NCBI GenBank assembly: GCA_963713045.1
Contig: CAVQKE010000001.1
Location: forward strand, 448,001 to 512,000
Reading direction: 5' to 3'
Source: an uncultured delta proteobacterium
GTDB taxonomy: Bacteria > Myxococcota > Myxococcia > Myxococcales > Myxococcaceae
DNA: 64,000 nt
The position numbers and the translations under genes are program-made. Position 1 is the first letter of the stretch; each line of letters starts with the position of its first letter. The notes beneath the pieces are model-generated. The model made no database searches and was not told where the DNA came from. It saw nothing but the letters and a program-made list of their open reading frames with translations. Below, one piece after another: positions 36,726-46,065 of the stretch.

Positions 36726-38399
36726 TCACTCGTATTTCCAGTCCGGGTCTTCGGGGTGCTTGAGGTCCCACAGCGGACGGCGGCTGCGTACCAGCGGGAG
36801 GAGGGCGAAGTTGTAGGCCGGCGGGGGCGAAGAGGTGCTCCATTCAAGCGTCCAGGCGTCCCACGGGTCGCTGCCGGCGCGCTCTCCACGCGAGCGCGAG
36901 AGGAGGAGGTTGTAGAGGAAGACCAGGACGCCGGCGGTTTGAATGAAGACCCCCACCGTCACCAGGAAGTTCCACCCGTCCCAGCCCCGGCCAGGCTCAT
37001 AGGTGTAAATCCGCCGCGGCATGCCCAACAGCGCCGGGACGTGCATGCAGTCGAAGGTCAGGTGAAAGCCGATGACGAAGAGCCAAAAGTGCAGCTTTCC
37101 CAAGCGCTCGCTGTACATGCGCCCGGTCATCTTCGGGAACCAGTAGTAGAAGGCGGCGAAGAGGGTGAAGAAGATGCCGCCCACGATGACATAGTGAAAG
37201 TGGGCCACCACGAAGTAGGAGCTGCCCAGCTGCCAGTCGATGGGCGCCGAGCCCAGCATCACCCCGGTGAGTCCGGCAATCAGGAATTGGAAGAGAAATG
37301 CGGTGCAGAACAGCATCGGCGTCCGGAAGGAGATTCGTCCCCCCCACATGGTGGCCAGCCAGTTGAAAATTTTGATGCCGGTCGGCACGGCGATGGCCAT
37401 CGTGGACAGGACGAAGAAGGTGTTGGCCGTGGAGCTCATCCCCACCGTGAACATGTGGTGCGCCCAGACGCTCATGCTGATGAAGCCGATGGCCAGCGTG
37501 GCCGCCACCATCACCGGGTAGCCGAACATCGCCTTGCGGGAGAACACCGGAATGATTTCCGAGGCGAAGCCAAAGGCTGGCAGCACCAGCACGTAAACTT
37601 CCGGGTGTCCGAAAACCCAGAAGAAGTGCATCCACAGGACGGCCGACCCGCCGGCTTGGGTGTCGAAGAAGTGACCGCCGAGGTACCGGTCGACGAGCAA
37701 CATCAGTTGCGCCGCGGTGAGCGGTGAGACGGCCAGGATGACGAGGGCCGCCATCACCAGGCTGAGCCACACAAACAGCGGCAGCTTCGAGAGCGTCATG
37801 CCCGGACAGCGCAGGCAGAGGGTGGTGGCGATGAGGTTGACCGCGGTGCCGATGCTTCCGGCCCCGGAGACGAGGAGCGACAGCGCCCAGAAGTCCGTGC
37901 TGTGCCCCAGCGAGAACGTCGGGGACGTCAACGGCGCGTAGGCGAACCAGCCGACATCGGGCGCACTGCCAGCCCCATACAGCCCATAGCCGCCGAGGAT
38001 GCTGAAGTAGAGGAGCAGGCCGCCGAAGGCCGTCAGCCAGAAGCTGAAGGCGTTCAGCCGCGGGAAGGCCATGTCCCGCGCCCCCACCATCAGCGGAACC
38101 AGGTAATTGGCGAACCCAAACATGATGGGCATGGCGACGAAGAAAATCATCGTCGTCCCGTGCAGAGTGAAGAGCTGGTTGAAGGTCTCTGGGGACAGAA
38201 AGCCGTTGTGCGCATGGGTCAGCTGCAGGCGCATCAGTCCGGCTTCCACGCCGCCCACCACCAGGAACAACAGCGCGTAGAGGATGTAGAGGATACCCAG
38301 CCGCTTGTGGTCGACCGTGGTCACCCACCCGTGCAGCCGCTCGGTCAGCGAACGGCTGTCCGTCTCGGGGGTGGGCCAAGCCAGCGACTCGGTCGACAT
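36726..38399 (-). CDS. ctaD: Cytochrome c oxidase subunit I, A1 type
   Basis: TVDHKRLG, LHGTTMIF, DMAFPRLN, GHPEVY, WAHHMF, PTGIKIF, AHFHY, GMPRR. Confidence 0.97.
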   Translation of the reverse strand: MSTESLAWPTPETDSRSLTERLHGWVTTVDHKRLGILYILYALLFLVVGGVEAGLMRLQLTHAHNGFLSPETFNQLFTLHGTTMIFFVAMPIMFGFANYLVPLMVGARDMAFPRLNAFSFWLTAFGGLLLYFSILGGYGLYGAGSAPDVGWFAYAPLTSPTFSLGHSTDFWALSLLVSGAGSIGTAVNLIATTLCLRCPGMTLSKLPLFVWLSLVMAALVILAVSPLTAAQLMLLVDRYLGGHFFDTQAGGSAVLWMHFFWVFGHPEVYVLVLPAFGFASEIIPVFSRKAMFGYPVMVAATLAIGFISMSVWAHHMFTVGMSSTANTFFVLSTMAIAVPTGIKIFNWLATMWGGRISFRTPMLFCTAFLFQFLIAGLTGVMLGSAPIDWQLGSSYFVVAHFHYVIVGGIFFTLFAAFYYWFPKMTGRMYSERLGKLHFWLFVIGFHLTFDCMHVPALLGMPRRIYTYEPGRGWDGWNFLVTVGVFIQTAGVLVFLYNLLLSRSRGERAGSDPWDAWTLEWSTSSPPPAYNFALLPLVRSRRPLWDLKHPEDPDWKYE

Positions 38400-38408
38400 G
38401 CTGCTCCT

Positions 38409-39479
38409 TCAGCGTAAGGACAAGAGGTAGGCCGTCACGTCATCCACCGCCTGGTGGTCCATCCCCATGGCCGGCATCTTCGAGCCGGGCTTGATGGAGT
38501 CCGGGTTTTCAATCCATTGCCGCAGCACCGCCGGGGTGTTGGGGACTGCGCCGGAGGCCAGCGTGTCCCGCGACATCAGATGCGTGAGGTCGGGGCCGAA
38601 GCGCCCGGTGGCCACGGTGCCCGAAACGGCGTGGCAGTTGATGCAGGCTGTGCTTTCGAAGAGGCGACGGCCTCGGGCGACCCCCGCGGAGATGCGGGCC
38701 GGCTCGCGTTGCTCGGCCACCCAGCGTGCAAAGTCCTCGCGGCTGTCCACGTAGACGCGAAGCAACATTTTGGCGTGGTTGACGCCGCAGTACTGGGCGC
38801 ACTGCCCGAGGTAGAGGCCCGTTTTTTGCGGGTCCACCCACAGCTTGTTGGGGAAGTTGGGAATGAGGTCCGTCTTTCCCGCCAAATGCGGCACCCAGAA
38901 ACTGTGGTCGGTATCGGCCGACAACAGCGTGAGGACGCTGGGCGTCGGAGTGGCTCCCTCGCTGACCGGGAGGTGCAATTCGTTGGCGGTGACGATGCCC
39001 AGGCTGGGGTAGCGGTACTCCCACCAGAATTGGTGGGCGATGACGGTCACTGGCAGCGCATTGGCCGGCTGCGCCTTGTCCTGGACGGAGATGATGACCC
39101 GGGCCGAGGTGAGAAACAGCACCAGCACCACCAGCACCGGGACGATGGTCCAAGCCAATTCAATCTGCGTACTTCCGTACACCTGCGCCGGCTCGCGCCC
39201 GTCGTCGGTGGCCCGTTGGCGGTAGCGCACCACGGCGTAAACCAACAGCGCCAACACCACCACGAAGACGGCCCCGCACGCCGACCACACGAAGAGGGAC
39301 AACTCGAAGACGCTTCGGGCCGGCGTCGAGGCGGGAGTGAAGATGTCCGTCGGGCCGAGGAGCGGAAGCCCGGAAGCCACCGCCGCCGTCAGCACTACCG
39401 GACTCCCTCGGGCGGCGGAGTTGGGCCGGCGCGCCCCGGTGCCTTGGCACCGGACGCTGGTGGAAAGGGCCTGGCGCAC
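38409..39479 (-). CDS. ctaC: Cytochrome c oxidase subunit II with fused cytochrome c (caa3); start uncertain
   Basis: IELAWT, HQFWWEY, DTDHSFWVP, CuA motif CAQYCG..H..M, CINCH, KPGSKMP. Confidence 0.92.
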   Translation of the reverse strand: MRQALSTSVRCQGTGARRPNSAARGSPVVLTAAVASGLPLLGPTDIFTPASTPARSVFELSLFVWSACGAVFVVVLALLVYAVVRYRQRATDDGREPAQVYGSTQIELAWTIVPVLVVLVLFLTSARVIISVQDKAQPANALPVTVIAHQFWWEYRYPSLGIVTANELHLPVSEGATPTPSVLTLLSADTDHSFWVPHLAGKTDLIPNFPNKLWVDPQKTGLYLGQCAQYCGVNHAKMLLRVYVDSREDFARWVAEQREPARISAGVARGRRLFESTACINCHAVSGTVATGRFGPDLTHLMSRDTLASGAVPNTPAVLRQWIENPDSIKPGSKMPAMGMDHQAVDDVTAYLLSLR

Positions 39480-39755
39480 AGCAGCACCATAGTTTGGCCG
39501 ACACCCCTCTCTTCCAGCGTCCTTCTTGTGACAAAGCGGAGGTGGAAGGCAAGGCGAATTCGCCCCGAGGGAGGCGCGAGTCCGTCCCGTTGCATCGGAG
39601 CGGGCGGGCTACCCAGGCCGTCGCTTGCCAGGCCTCGACTCGACGTTGTCTAGAGCCGACAGACGCCGCCATTCCCACTGTCCCTCACGAAGGGCCCCGC
39701 CTTCAGGCCGACGGAAGAAGGCCGGGGCGGCTTGAGGGCTCAAGCCAACGGGTCG

Positions 39756-40334
39756 TCATCGGCGGACGGGGCCTCCGGGCCTCGAAGGCCGGTCCCTCCA
39801 CACCTCAACCGTGGGCTGGAGGATGATGGGCGCCCGCAGCGCACGGGCGACGAGGCAGCCGGCGGCGACCTCCGTAAAAAGCGAGCGCGCGCTCTGCACC
39901 TCGAAGGGCCGGTGGACGCCCACCCGAGGCTGCACCCAGACGTCCAGCAACTCCGGTCCGTGCTGGCCGTCGCTCCAACGGGCCTGGGCGCTGCTTTCAT
40001 AGAAGGCCAGCTCCAAGCCCGCCCGCTCGGCGCGGTGCAGGAAGTCCGCCCGCACCCCGGCCTCCACCGCGCCCAGCAGCAGGGCGTCCACCGGCCAGCT
40101 GGCGACAGCGCCCAGCCCGGCGTCGGCCACCCGCAGGGCCGGTCCGCTGCAGGTACTCAGCACCGCCGCTCCGGCTTCGGTGCGAAGCCACGTCCGTTGC
40201 ACGTGCACGCTGGCATGCGGGTGACTCTCCGCGTGGAGGTGGCCCTCGGACGCAGCTGCTGGAGGAAGTGGTTCCATGCCGCCGTCGCACTCTCCCGCGT
40301 TTTGCGTCCACGCCGTGTACGCAAAAACGCGCAT
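39756..40334 (-). CDS. OsmC/Ohr-like protein (divergent)
   Basis: LLLGAV..FL..A, then GCLVARAL in the C-terminal OsmC-like pattern. Confidence 0.5.
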   Translation of the reverse strand: MRVFAYTAWTQNAGECDGGMEPLPPAAASEGHLHAESHPHASVHVQRTWLRTEAGAAVLSTCSGPALRVADAGLGAVASWPVDALLLGAVEAGVRADFLHRAERAGLELAFYESSAQARWSDGQHGPELLDVWVQPRVGVHRPFEVQSARSLFTEVAAGCLVARALRAPIILQPTVEVWRDRPSRPGGPVRR

Positions 40335-40513
40335 CGCCAGGCTCTAGAGCGCCGCACTGGAGTCCGACGGATAAGGTTTACGCACCGAGGGGTGTCCATG
40401 GCAACCCCATCTGCGGCGCCCTCCGGTGTACCGCCTCGGTGGCGGAGGGCTAGGCTTTGCCGGACGCGCCGCAATGTCTCCCGCACTGCCGCCCCCGTAG
40501 GCCACCTGCCCCC

Positions 40514-42577
40514 GTGCCCCTTCGCTCGCCCTTCGTCCTGCTCGCCGTCCTCTGTGCCTCCATCGCCTCTGCGGCCCCCCCAACGGCTGGTCCCCAGCTG
40601 CGCGCGGTGCTGGGACAGCCGGACCTCGCCGCGCCGGCCCGGATGCTTCAACTCACCTTTCTCGAGGCAGGAGCGCAGCTTCTGGCGCTGGATGCCACTG
40701 GCACCGCGCAGCTGTGGGACATGGGCCGCGCGGAGCGCCGCGGACTGGTCTTCGGGCCGGTGGTGCTGACGCCGGCCGGTCTGCGCTCGGCGCCGCCCGG
40801 TGGAGGCTGTCTCCTCGACGGGCCGCTGGTGGCGCTGCCCGACGGGCGGCTGGCGCGGGCCGGCCACGGGCGATTGCAGCTGTGCGACGTCACTGGACGG
40901 GCCCCCCAGACGGAGAAAAGCGTGCCCGCCCTGTCCGAAGACGGGACGGCCCTGGCCCTCACCGCCGACGCCAGCGTGGTGGCGCAGGGCACGGCGTTTG
41001 GCGAAGTGGTGCGCGTCCCGCTGTCCGGGGGTGAACCCTTTCACCTTCAGGCCCACGAGGGCCCGGTGCTCGCCTTGCACCTTGGCGCGCAGGGCGAGCT
41101 GCTGACCGCCGGCGCAGACGGCGCGGTGCGGGCCTATGACGCCCAAGGCCGCCGGCTGCGCAGCGTCGAAGGCCTCCCAGCGCACAAGCGCGGCAGGCCC
41201 CAGGGTTGCGAGGGGGAGACGCCGATGGTGGCCGCCTTCGCCGTCGATGGCTCGGCGGTGCTGCTGGCCACGGTCGCCGGGGATGGGCTTGAGTCCTGCC
41301 CCGACGTTGGCGTCCCCGCCCGGCTTCGGCTGCTGGAACTTCCCAAGGGCAACCTGCGCTGGGAACTGAAAGGCGTCCAAGCCAGTGCGGCCAGCTTCGC
41401 CCCGGACGGGACACTGGCGGTGGCGGTGGCCCTCCGCCCCGGCGAACTGGGAGACGCCAACCCGTCGACCGTGGTGCACCTGGATGGACGAACGGGCGCA
41501 CAGCTCGACCGGCCGAGCGGCCACCAAGCCCCCATCACTGTGCTGCGCTTCTCCCGGGACGGGACGGCGCTGCTGTCCGGAGACGCGGCGGGCACCTGGA
41601 AGCGCTGGGCGATGGACAGTGGCCGCGAGATGGCGAGTGGCAGCCAGGCCGAAGGGGCCATTCTGGACTTGCGTCTCACCAAGCAGCAGCAGGTCCTGAC
41701 CCAGCACGAGGACGACACCGTTCGGCAGTGGGCGGAGGACGGCAAGCTGTTGGCGGTGCTGGTGGCCGCGCCGCGCACCGAGGCGGCGGCCTTGTCTCCG
41801 AGCTGCCGTGCCGAAGAAGCGAAGATGCAGACGGCGATGGCCAGCATGCGTCCGCGCCCCTCGCCACTCGCATTGCGCGACCCTGGCCGCTACGCCGGCG
41901 TCACCATGCTGCCCGAGCTGGCGCTGTCTGTGGACGGCGAGACGGTGCTAGCCCCGGTGGCCGAAGAATCCTGCGTCAGCTTCTCGCGCAACGGCTGTCC
42001 CAGCGGCTGCCACCGCAACTACCACCTCGAGCGGGTGTCGCTGCGCACCGGACGCCCGGTGCAGTCGCTGCCGGTGGATGAGGAGCTTCTCGGCGGCTGC
42101 GTGCCGCCGGCCGGGGCCTTCGTCACCCGCGGGGACCGGGCGGGCATGAATGTGTGGACTGCCTCCGGCACCCTCACCGGTCAAATTGGGGTGGTGCTGG
42201 GCAAGGTGACGGCCTGCGAGACCACGCCGGACGGAAGAAAAATGCTGGTGGCCACCGCGCGCTCGCTCTCGGTGTGGGACGCGGCTGCCTTCTCGGCACC
42301 GGTGCAGGCCGTCCCCCGTCGGGCGCAGGCGCCCGGGGTCGTCGCCTTTTCCCCCAGAGGGGACTTGTCGGTCGACGTGGACGGAGGCGAGCTGCGGCTC
42401 CGGCATTGGCCCAAGGGCACCTTCCTCGCGCGGCTGGTGCTGAGCCCGCATGACGACGCGCCGACGGCGATGGCCTTCACTCCGGACGCCCAGACACTGG
42501 CGGTGGGGACGGCCCGCGGGGTGGTGTACCTCTACGCCCTGCGCACCAACGAGGCGACCGCGCACCAACTGCCGTAG
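40514..42577 (+). CDS. Exported WD40/beta-propeller repeat protein
   Basis: Signal peptide; AHEGPV..TAGADGAVRAYD, GHQAPIT..FS.DG..SGD..GT..RW, AFTPD..LAVG. Confidence 0.8.
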   Translation: MPLRSPFVLLAVLCASIASAAPPTAGPQLRAVLGQPDLAAPARMLQLTFLEAGAQLLALDATGTAQLWDMGRAERRGLVFGPVVLTPAGLRSAPPGGGCLLDGPLVALPDGRLARAGHGRLQLCDVTGRAPQTEKSVPALSEDGTALALTADASVVAQGTAFGEVVRVPLSGGEPFHLQAHEGPVLALHLGAQGELLTAGADGAVRAYDAQGRRLRSVEGLPAHKRGRPQGCEGETPMVAAFAVDGSAVLLATVAGDGLESCPDVGVPARLRLLELPKGNLRWELKGVQASAASFAPDGTLAVAVALRPGELGDANPSTVVHLDGRTGAQLDRPSGHQAPITVLRFSRDGTALLSGDAAGTWKRWAMDSGREMASGSQAEGAILDLRLTKQQQVLTQHEDDTVRQWAEDGKLLAVLVAAPRTEAAALSPSCRAEEAKMQTAMASMRPRPSPLALRDPGRYAGVTMLPELALSVDGETVLAPVAEESCVSFSRNGCPSGCHRNYHLERVSLRTGRPVQSLPVDEELLGGCVPPAGAFVTRGDRAGMNVWTASGTLTGQIGVVLGKVTACETTPDGRKMLVATARSLSVWDAAAFSAPVQAVPRRAQAPGVVAFSPRGDLSVDVDGGELRLRHWPKGTFLARLVLSPHDDAPTAMAFTPDAQTLAVGTARGVVYLYALRTNEATAHQLP

Positions 42578-42601
42578 GGCCCCCGGGTCCCCGGGCCGCC
42601 C

Positions 42602-44437
42602 TCACTCCACGGTGACGCTTTTGGCCAGGTTGCGGGGTTGGTCGACGTCGTTCCCGCGCAAGTCCGCGACGTGGTAGGCCAGCAGTTGCAGCGGCACGAC
42701 GGCCACCAGCGGGGCCAGCAGCGCGCGCGTCGCCGGAATGCGAAGCACCTCCTGGGCCAGGCCGTCGAGGGCATGGTCGTCCTCATCCACCACCGCGATG
42801 ACGTTGCCGCCCCGGGCCCGCACTTCTTCCACGTTGCCCAGCATCTTCTGGTAGGGAAGCGGCGGGTCGCGTGGCGCCAACACCGCCACCGGCATGCGGC
42901 TGTCGATGAGGGCGATGGGGCCATGCTTCATTTCCCCGCCGGCATAGCCTTCGGCGTGGATGTAGCTCACCTCTTTCAGCTTGAGCGCCCCCTCCAGCGC
43001 CACCGGGTACATCGGCCCCCGGCCAAGGAAGAGGAAGTCTTGTGCGCCCTGGAAGAGGCGCGCCACGCGCTTCACTTCCGGCTCCACCCGGAGTGCCTCC
43101 TCGATGTGTTTGGGAATTTCCACCAAGTGGGTCAGTTCGTCCTGCGCCTCGGCGACGCCCAGCCGTCCGCGGAGACGTCCCAGTTTCACTGCGATGAGGT
43201 ACAGCGTGGCCAGCTGGGTGGTGAAGGCCTTGGTGGAGGCAACGCCAATTTCCGGACCGGCGTTGGTCAGAAGGCTGGCGTGAGCCTCCCGCGTCATGGC
43301 GCTGCCCATGACGTTGCACACCGCGAGGGTGTAGGCGCCGCGGGACTTCGCCTCTCTCAACGCGGCCAGCGTGTCCAGCGTCTCGCCGGACTGGCTGATG
43401 GCCAGCACCAGGTGCTCCGGCCCCACCAGCGGATTGCGGTAGCGAAACTCCGAGGCCAGCTCCACTTCCACCGGCACCCGCGCCAGCGCCTCCACCATCG
43501 CCTTGCCAGCCAGCCCGGCGTGAAAGGAAGTGCCGCAGGCGAGGATGGTGACTTTGGACCAGCCGGCAGCCTGGGCCCCCGAGGGGGACCAGCCCTCGAA
43601 GAAGACGTCGCCCTCGGACAGCAGCACCCGGCCGCGCAAGGTGTCCGCCACCGCACGCGGCTGCTCGTGAATCTCCTTGTGCATGAAGTGCTTGTGGCCG
43701 CCCTTCTCCGCCATGACCGGCGTCCAGTCGATGCGACGGACGCTGCGCTGGACGACGCCTCCGGTGCTGTCCTGCACCTCGACGCCGGCGGCACTCACCA
43801 CCGCCAAGTCTCCATCCTCGAGAAAAATGACGTCTCGGGTGGCGTCGAGGAGCGCCGGGACGTCGCTGGCGATGAAATTCTCGCCCTCGGACAGCCCCAC
43901 CACCAAGGGCGAACTGTCTTTGGTGGCCACCAGCCGAGTCGGGTCGCCGGCCCACACCACCGCCAGTCCATAGGTGCCCCGCACCCGCCGCATGGCGGCC
44001 CGCACCGCCTCCGGCAGACGGTTCCCCTCCGCCAGCGCCTGGGCGATGAGGTGGGCAAACACCTCGCTGTCGGTCTCGCTGGAGAAGACGTGGCCGCGCG
44101 CGCGCAGCTCGGCTTTCAGTTGGAGGTGGTTTTCGAGGATGCCGTTGTGCACCACCGCCACCCCTTGGTAGCTGTGGGGGTGGGCATTTTCGTCCGAAGG
44201 GCGGCCATGGGTGGCCCAACGGGTGTGGCCAATGCCAAGGTGCCCGGCCGGGTGTTCGGCAGCGAGGCGACTCTGGAGGTTGGGCAGCTTGCCGCTGGCC
44301 CTGACCACGTGCAGCGCGCCGTCATCGACGACGGCGATGCCGGCCGAGTCATAGCCCCGGTATTCAAGCTTCTTCAGCCCCTCGATGAGGGTCGACGCCG
44401 CATCTCGCTGCCCGACGTACCCAACAATTCCACACAT
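42602..44437 (-). CDS. glmS: Glutamine--fructose-6-phosphate transaminase
   Basis: MCGIVG, LEYRGYDSAG, GHTRWATHG, SQSGET, PRNLAKSVTVE. Confidence 0.98.
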   Translation of the reverse strand: MCGIVGYVGQRDAASTLIEGLKKLEYRGYDSAGIAVVDDGALHVVRASGKLPNLQSRLAAEHPAGHLGIGHTRWATHGRPSDENAHPHSYQGVAVVHNGILENHLQLKAELRARGHVFSSETDSEVFAHLIAQALAEGNRLPEAVRAAMRRVRGTYGLAVVWAGDPTRLVATKDSSPLVVGLSEGENFIASDVPALLDATRDVIFLEDGDLAVVSAAGVEVQDSTGGVVQRSVRRIDWTPVMAEKGGHKHFMHKEIHEQPRAVADTLRGRVLLSEGDVFFEGWSPSGAQAAGWSKVTILACGTSFHAGLAGKAMVEALARVPVEVELASEFRYRNPLVGPEHLVLAISQSGETLDTLAALREAKSRGAYTLAVCNVMGSAMTREAHASLLTNAGPEIGVASTKAFTTQLATLYLIAVKLGRLRGRLGVAEAQDELTHLVEIPKHIEEALRVEPEVKRVARLFQGAQDFLFLGRGPMYPVALEGALKLKEVSYIHAEGYAGGEMKHGPIALIDSRMPVAVLAPRDPPLPYQKMLGNVEEVRARGGNVIAVVDEDDHALDGLAQEVLRIPATRALLAPLVAVVPLQLLAYHVADLRGNDVDQPRNLAKSVTVE

Positions 44438-44513
44438 GGTGTCTCTCTTCTCCCATGGGGCCTGCCTCGGCGGCAAAGCGCGTCGCGCTGCGCCTTGGCA
44501 GAAGCTGCCTTCC

Positions 44514-45908
44514 TCATGGCTTAGCCTTGGCCCGCTCTCGGCGCTTGCGCGCCCAACCCGGTTTCACCACCATCGGCGCTCGCGACAGGGCCAAGGCGTC
44601 GGCCGGGACGTCCTCACTGACGGTGGTGCCGGCCGCGACGAAGGCGCCCGGGCCCACCTGGACGGGGGCCAGCAGCTGGCTGTCGGAGCCGAGGAAGGCG
44701 CCGTCCCCCACTTCGGTGAGGTGCTTGGCCACGCCGTCGTAGTTACAAAAAATGACGCCGGCACTGACGTTGACGCCCGCGCCCACCACCGCGTCGCCGA
44801 CGTATGCCAGGTGGTTGGCCTTGCTGCCTTTGCCGATGCGGGCTTTTTTCGTCTCGACGAAGTTGCCCAAGTGCACGCCTTCGGCCAACTCCGTCCCGGG
44901 ACGCAGCCGGGCGAAGGGCCCCAGCACGCAGCCCGGTCCCACCCGCGCCTTGTCCAGGACGCAGTAGGGGCGCACCTCCACCGCCTCGGCCACTTCGGCA
45001 TCCAGCAGGACACAGCCCTGGCCCACCCGGCTTCCCCGCCCCACCCGGGTGCGGCCACGCAGGCTGGTGCCGGCGTCCACCCAAACGTCCTCGGCCAGCT
45101 CCACCGTCGCTTCAATGCTGGTGGAGTCCGGGTCCTCCAGCGTCACACCGGCGCGCATGTGCGCCTGGTTGATGCGCCGCCGCAGCACCTGGGCGCAGGC
45201 GGCCAAGTCGACGCGGTCGTTCACTCCGGCCGTCTCCTGGAAGTCCGCCTGCACCACCGCCACACCGCCCTCCGCAGCCGCCAGCGCCACCAAGTCCGTC
45301 AAGTAGTACTCCCCTTGGGCGTTGGAAGGCCGCAGCCCGGCGAGGGACTTCCAGAGGAAGTGGGAGTTCACCGCGTAGACGCCGGCATTCACCTCGTCGA
45401 GGCGGCGCTCCGCCTCGCTGGCGTCCCGTTCCTCCACCACCCGCACCACCCGCCCGGCCTGCCGGACCAGCCGGCCGTAGCCATGCGGGTCCGGCGCAGT
45501 GGCGCTCAACAGGGCCAGCGGTCCGCTGGCTGCGGCCTGCGCCTCCAACAGACGCCGCAGGGTGGACGGGGTGAGGAGAGGCGTGTCTCCGTAGAGAATG
45601 AGCAACGGCCCATCGATGTCGCGCAGCTGGTCCGCGGCGGCACGCACCGCGTCGGCGGTGCCCAACGGCTGGGGCTGGACAGCGAAGCGCGTCTCGATGG
45701 ACGCAAACTGCGTCCGCAGAGCCGCTTTCACCTCGTCCGCGTTGGGACCCAACACCGCCACCACCGGGCGTGCCCCCGCTTCGGCGGCCGCGGCGAAGGG
45801 CCAGGCGCACAGCGGACGGCCCAACAGCGGGTGCAGCACTTTGGGCTGCGCGGACTTCATCCGGGTGCCCTTGCCCGCGCAGAGCACCACCGCCGCTGCA
45901 TTTGCCAT
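44514..45908 (-). CDS. glmU: Bifunctional GlmU
   Basis: LCAGKGTRMKS..PKVLH, EYYLTD, GNFVETK, KANHLAYVGD, CNYDG, hexapeptide repeats. Confidence 0.97.
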   Translation of the reverse strand: MANAAAVVLCAGKGTRMKSAQPKVLHPLLGRPLCAWPFAAAAEAGARPVVAVLGPNADEVKAALRTQFASIETRFAVQPQPLGTADAVRAAADQLRDIDGPLLILYGDTPLLTPSTLRRLLEAQAAASGPLALLSATAPDPHGYGRLVRQAGRVVRVVEERDASEAERRLDEVNAGVYAVNSHFLWKSLAGLRPSNAQGEYYLTDLVALAAAEGGVAVVQADFQETAGVNDRVDLAACAQVLRRRINQAHMRAGVTLEDPDSTSIEATVELAEDVWVDAGTSLRGRTRVGRGSRVGQGCVLLDAEVAEAVEVRPYCVLDKARVGPGCVLGPFARLRPGTELAEGVHLGNFVETKKARIGKGSKANHLAYVGDAVVGAGVNVSAGVIFCNYDGVAKHLTEVGDGAFLGSDSQLLAPVQVGPGAFVAAGTTVSEDVPADALALSRAPMVVKPGWARKRRERAKAKP

Positions 45909-46065
45909 TCCCAAGTGGCGCCAGGATGCAAGCCGTTCGCCAGCGGCGTCAAACTTTGGCCCCAGCCCCCCCGAGTGGGAGGAAGCCACCCACCCCGGGA
46001 CGCACCGGCTGCAGGCTTTCTTGGGCTTGCAGCCGTGCCCAGTCCTTGGAAGACAGTGGGAAGCG

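Noticed and set aside
39486..39503. TGTCGG..TATGGT upstream of the oxidase operon
   Set aside because: Spacer is 6 nt, not 10.
44438..44513. glmS ribozyme
   Set aside because: Only 76 nt between glmU and glmS and no recognisable ribozyme core.
42638..44524. 628-aa plus-strand ORF
   Set aside because: Antisense shadow of glmS.
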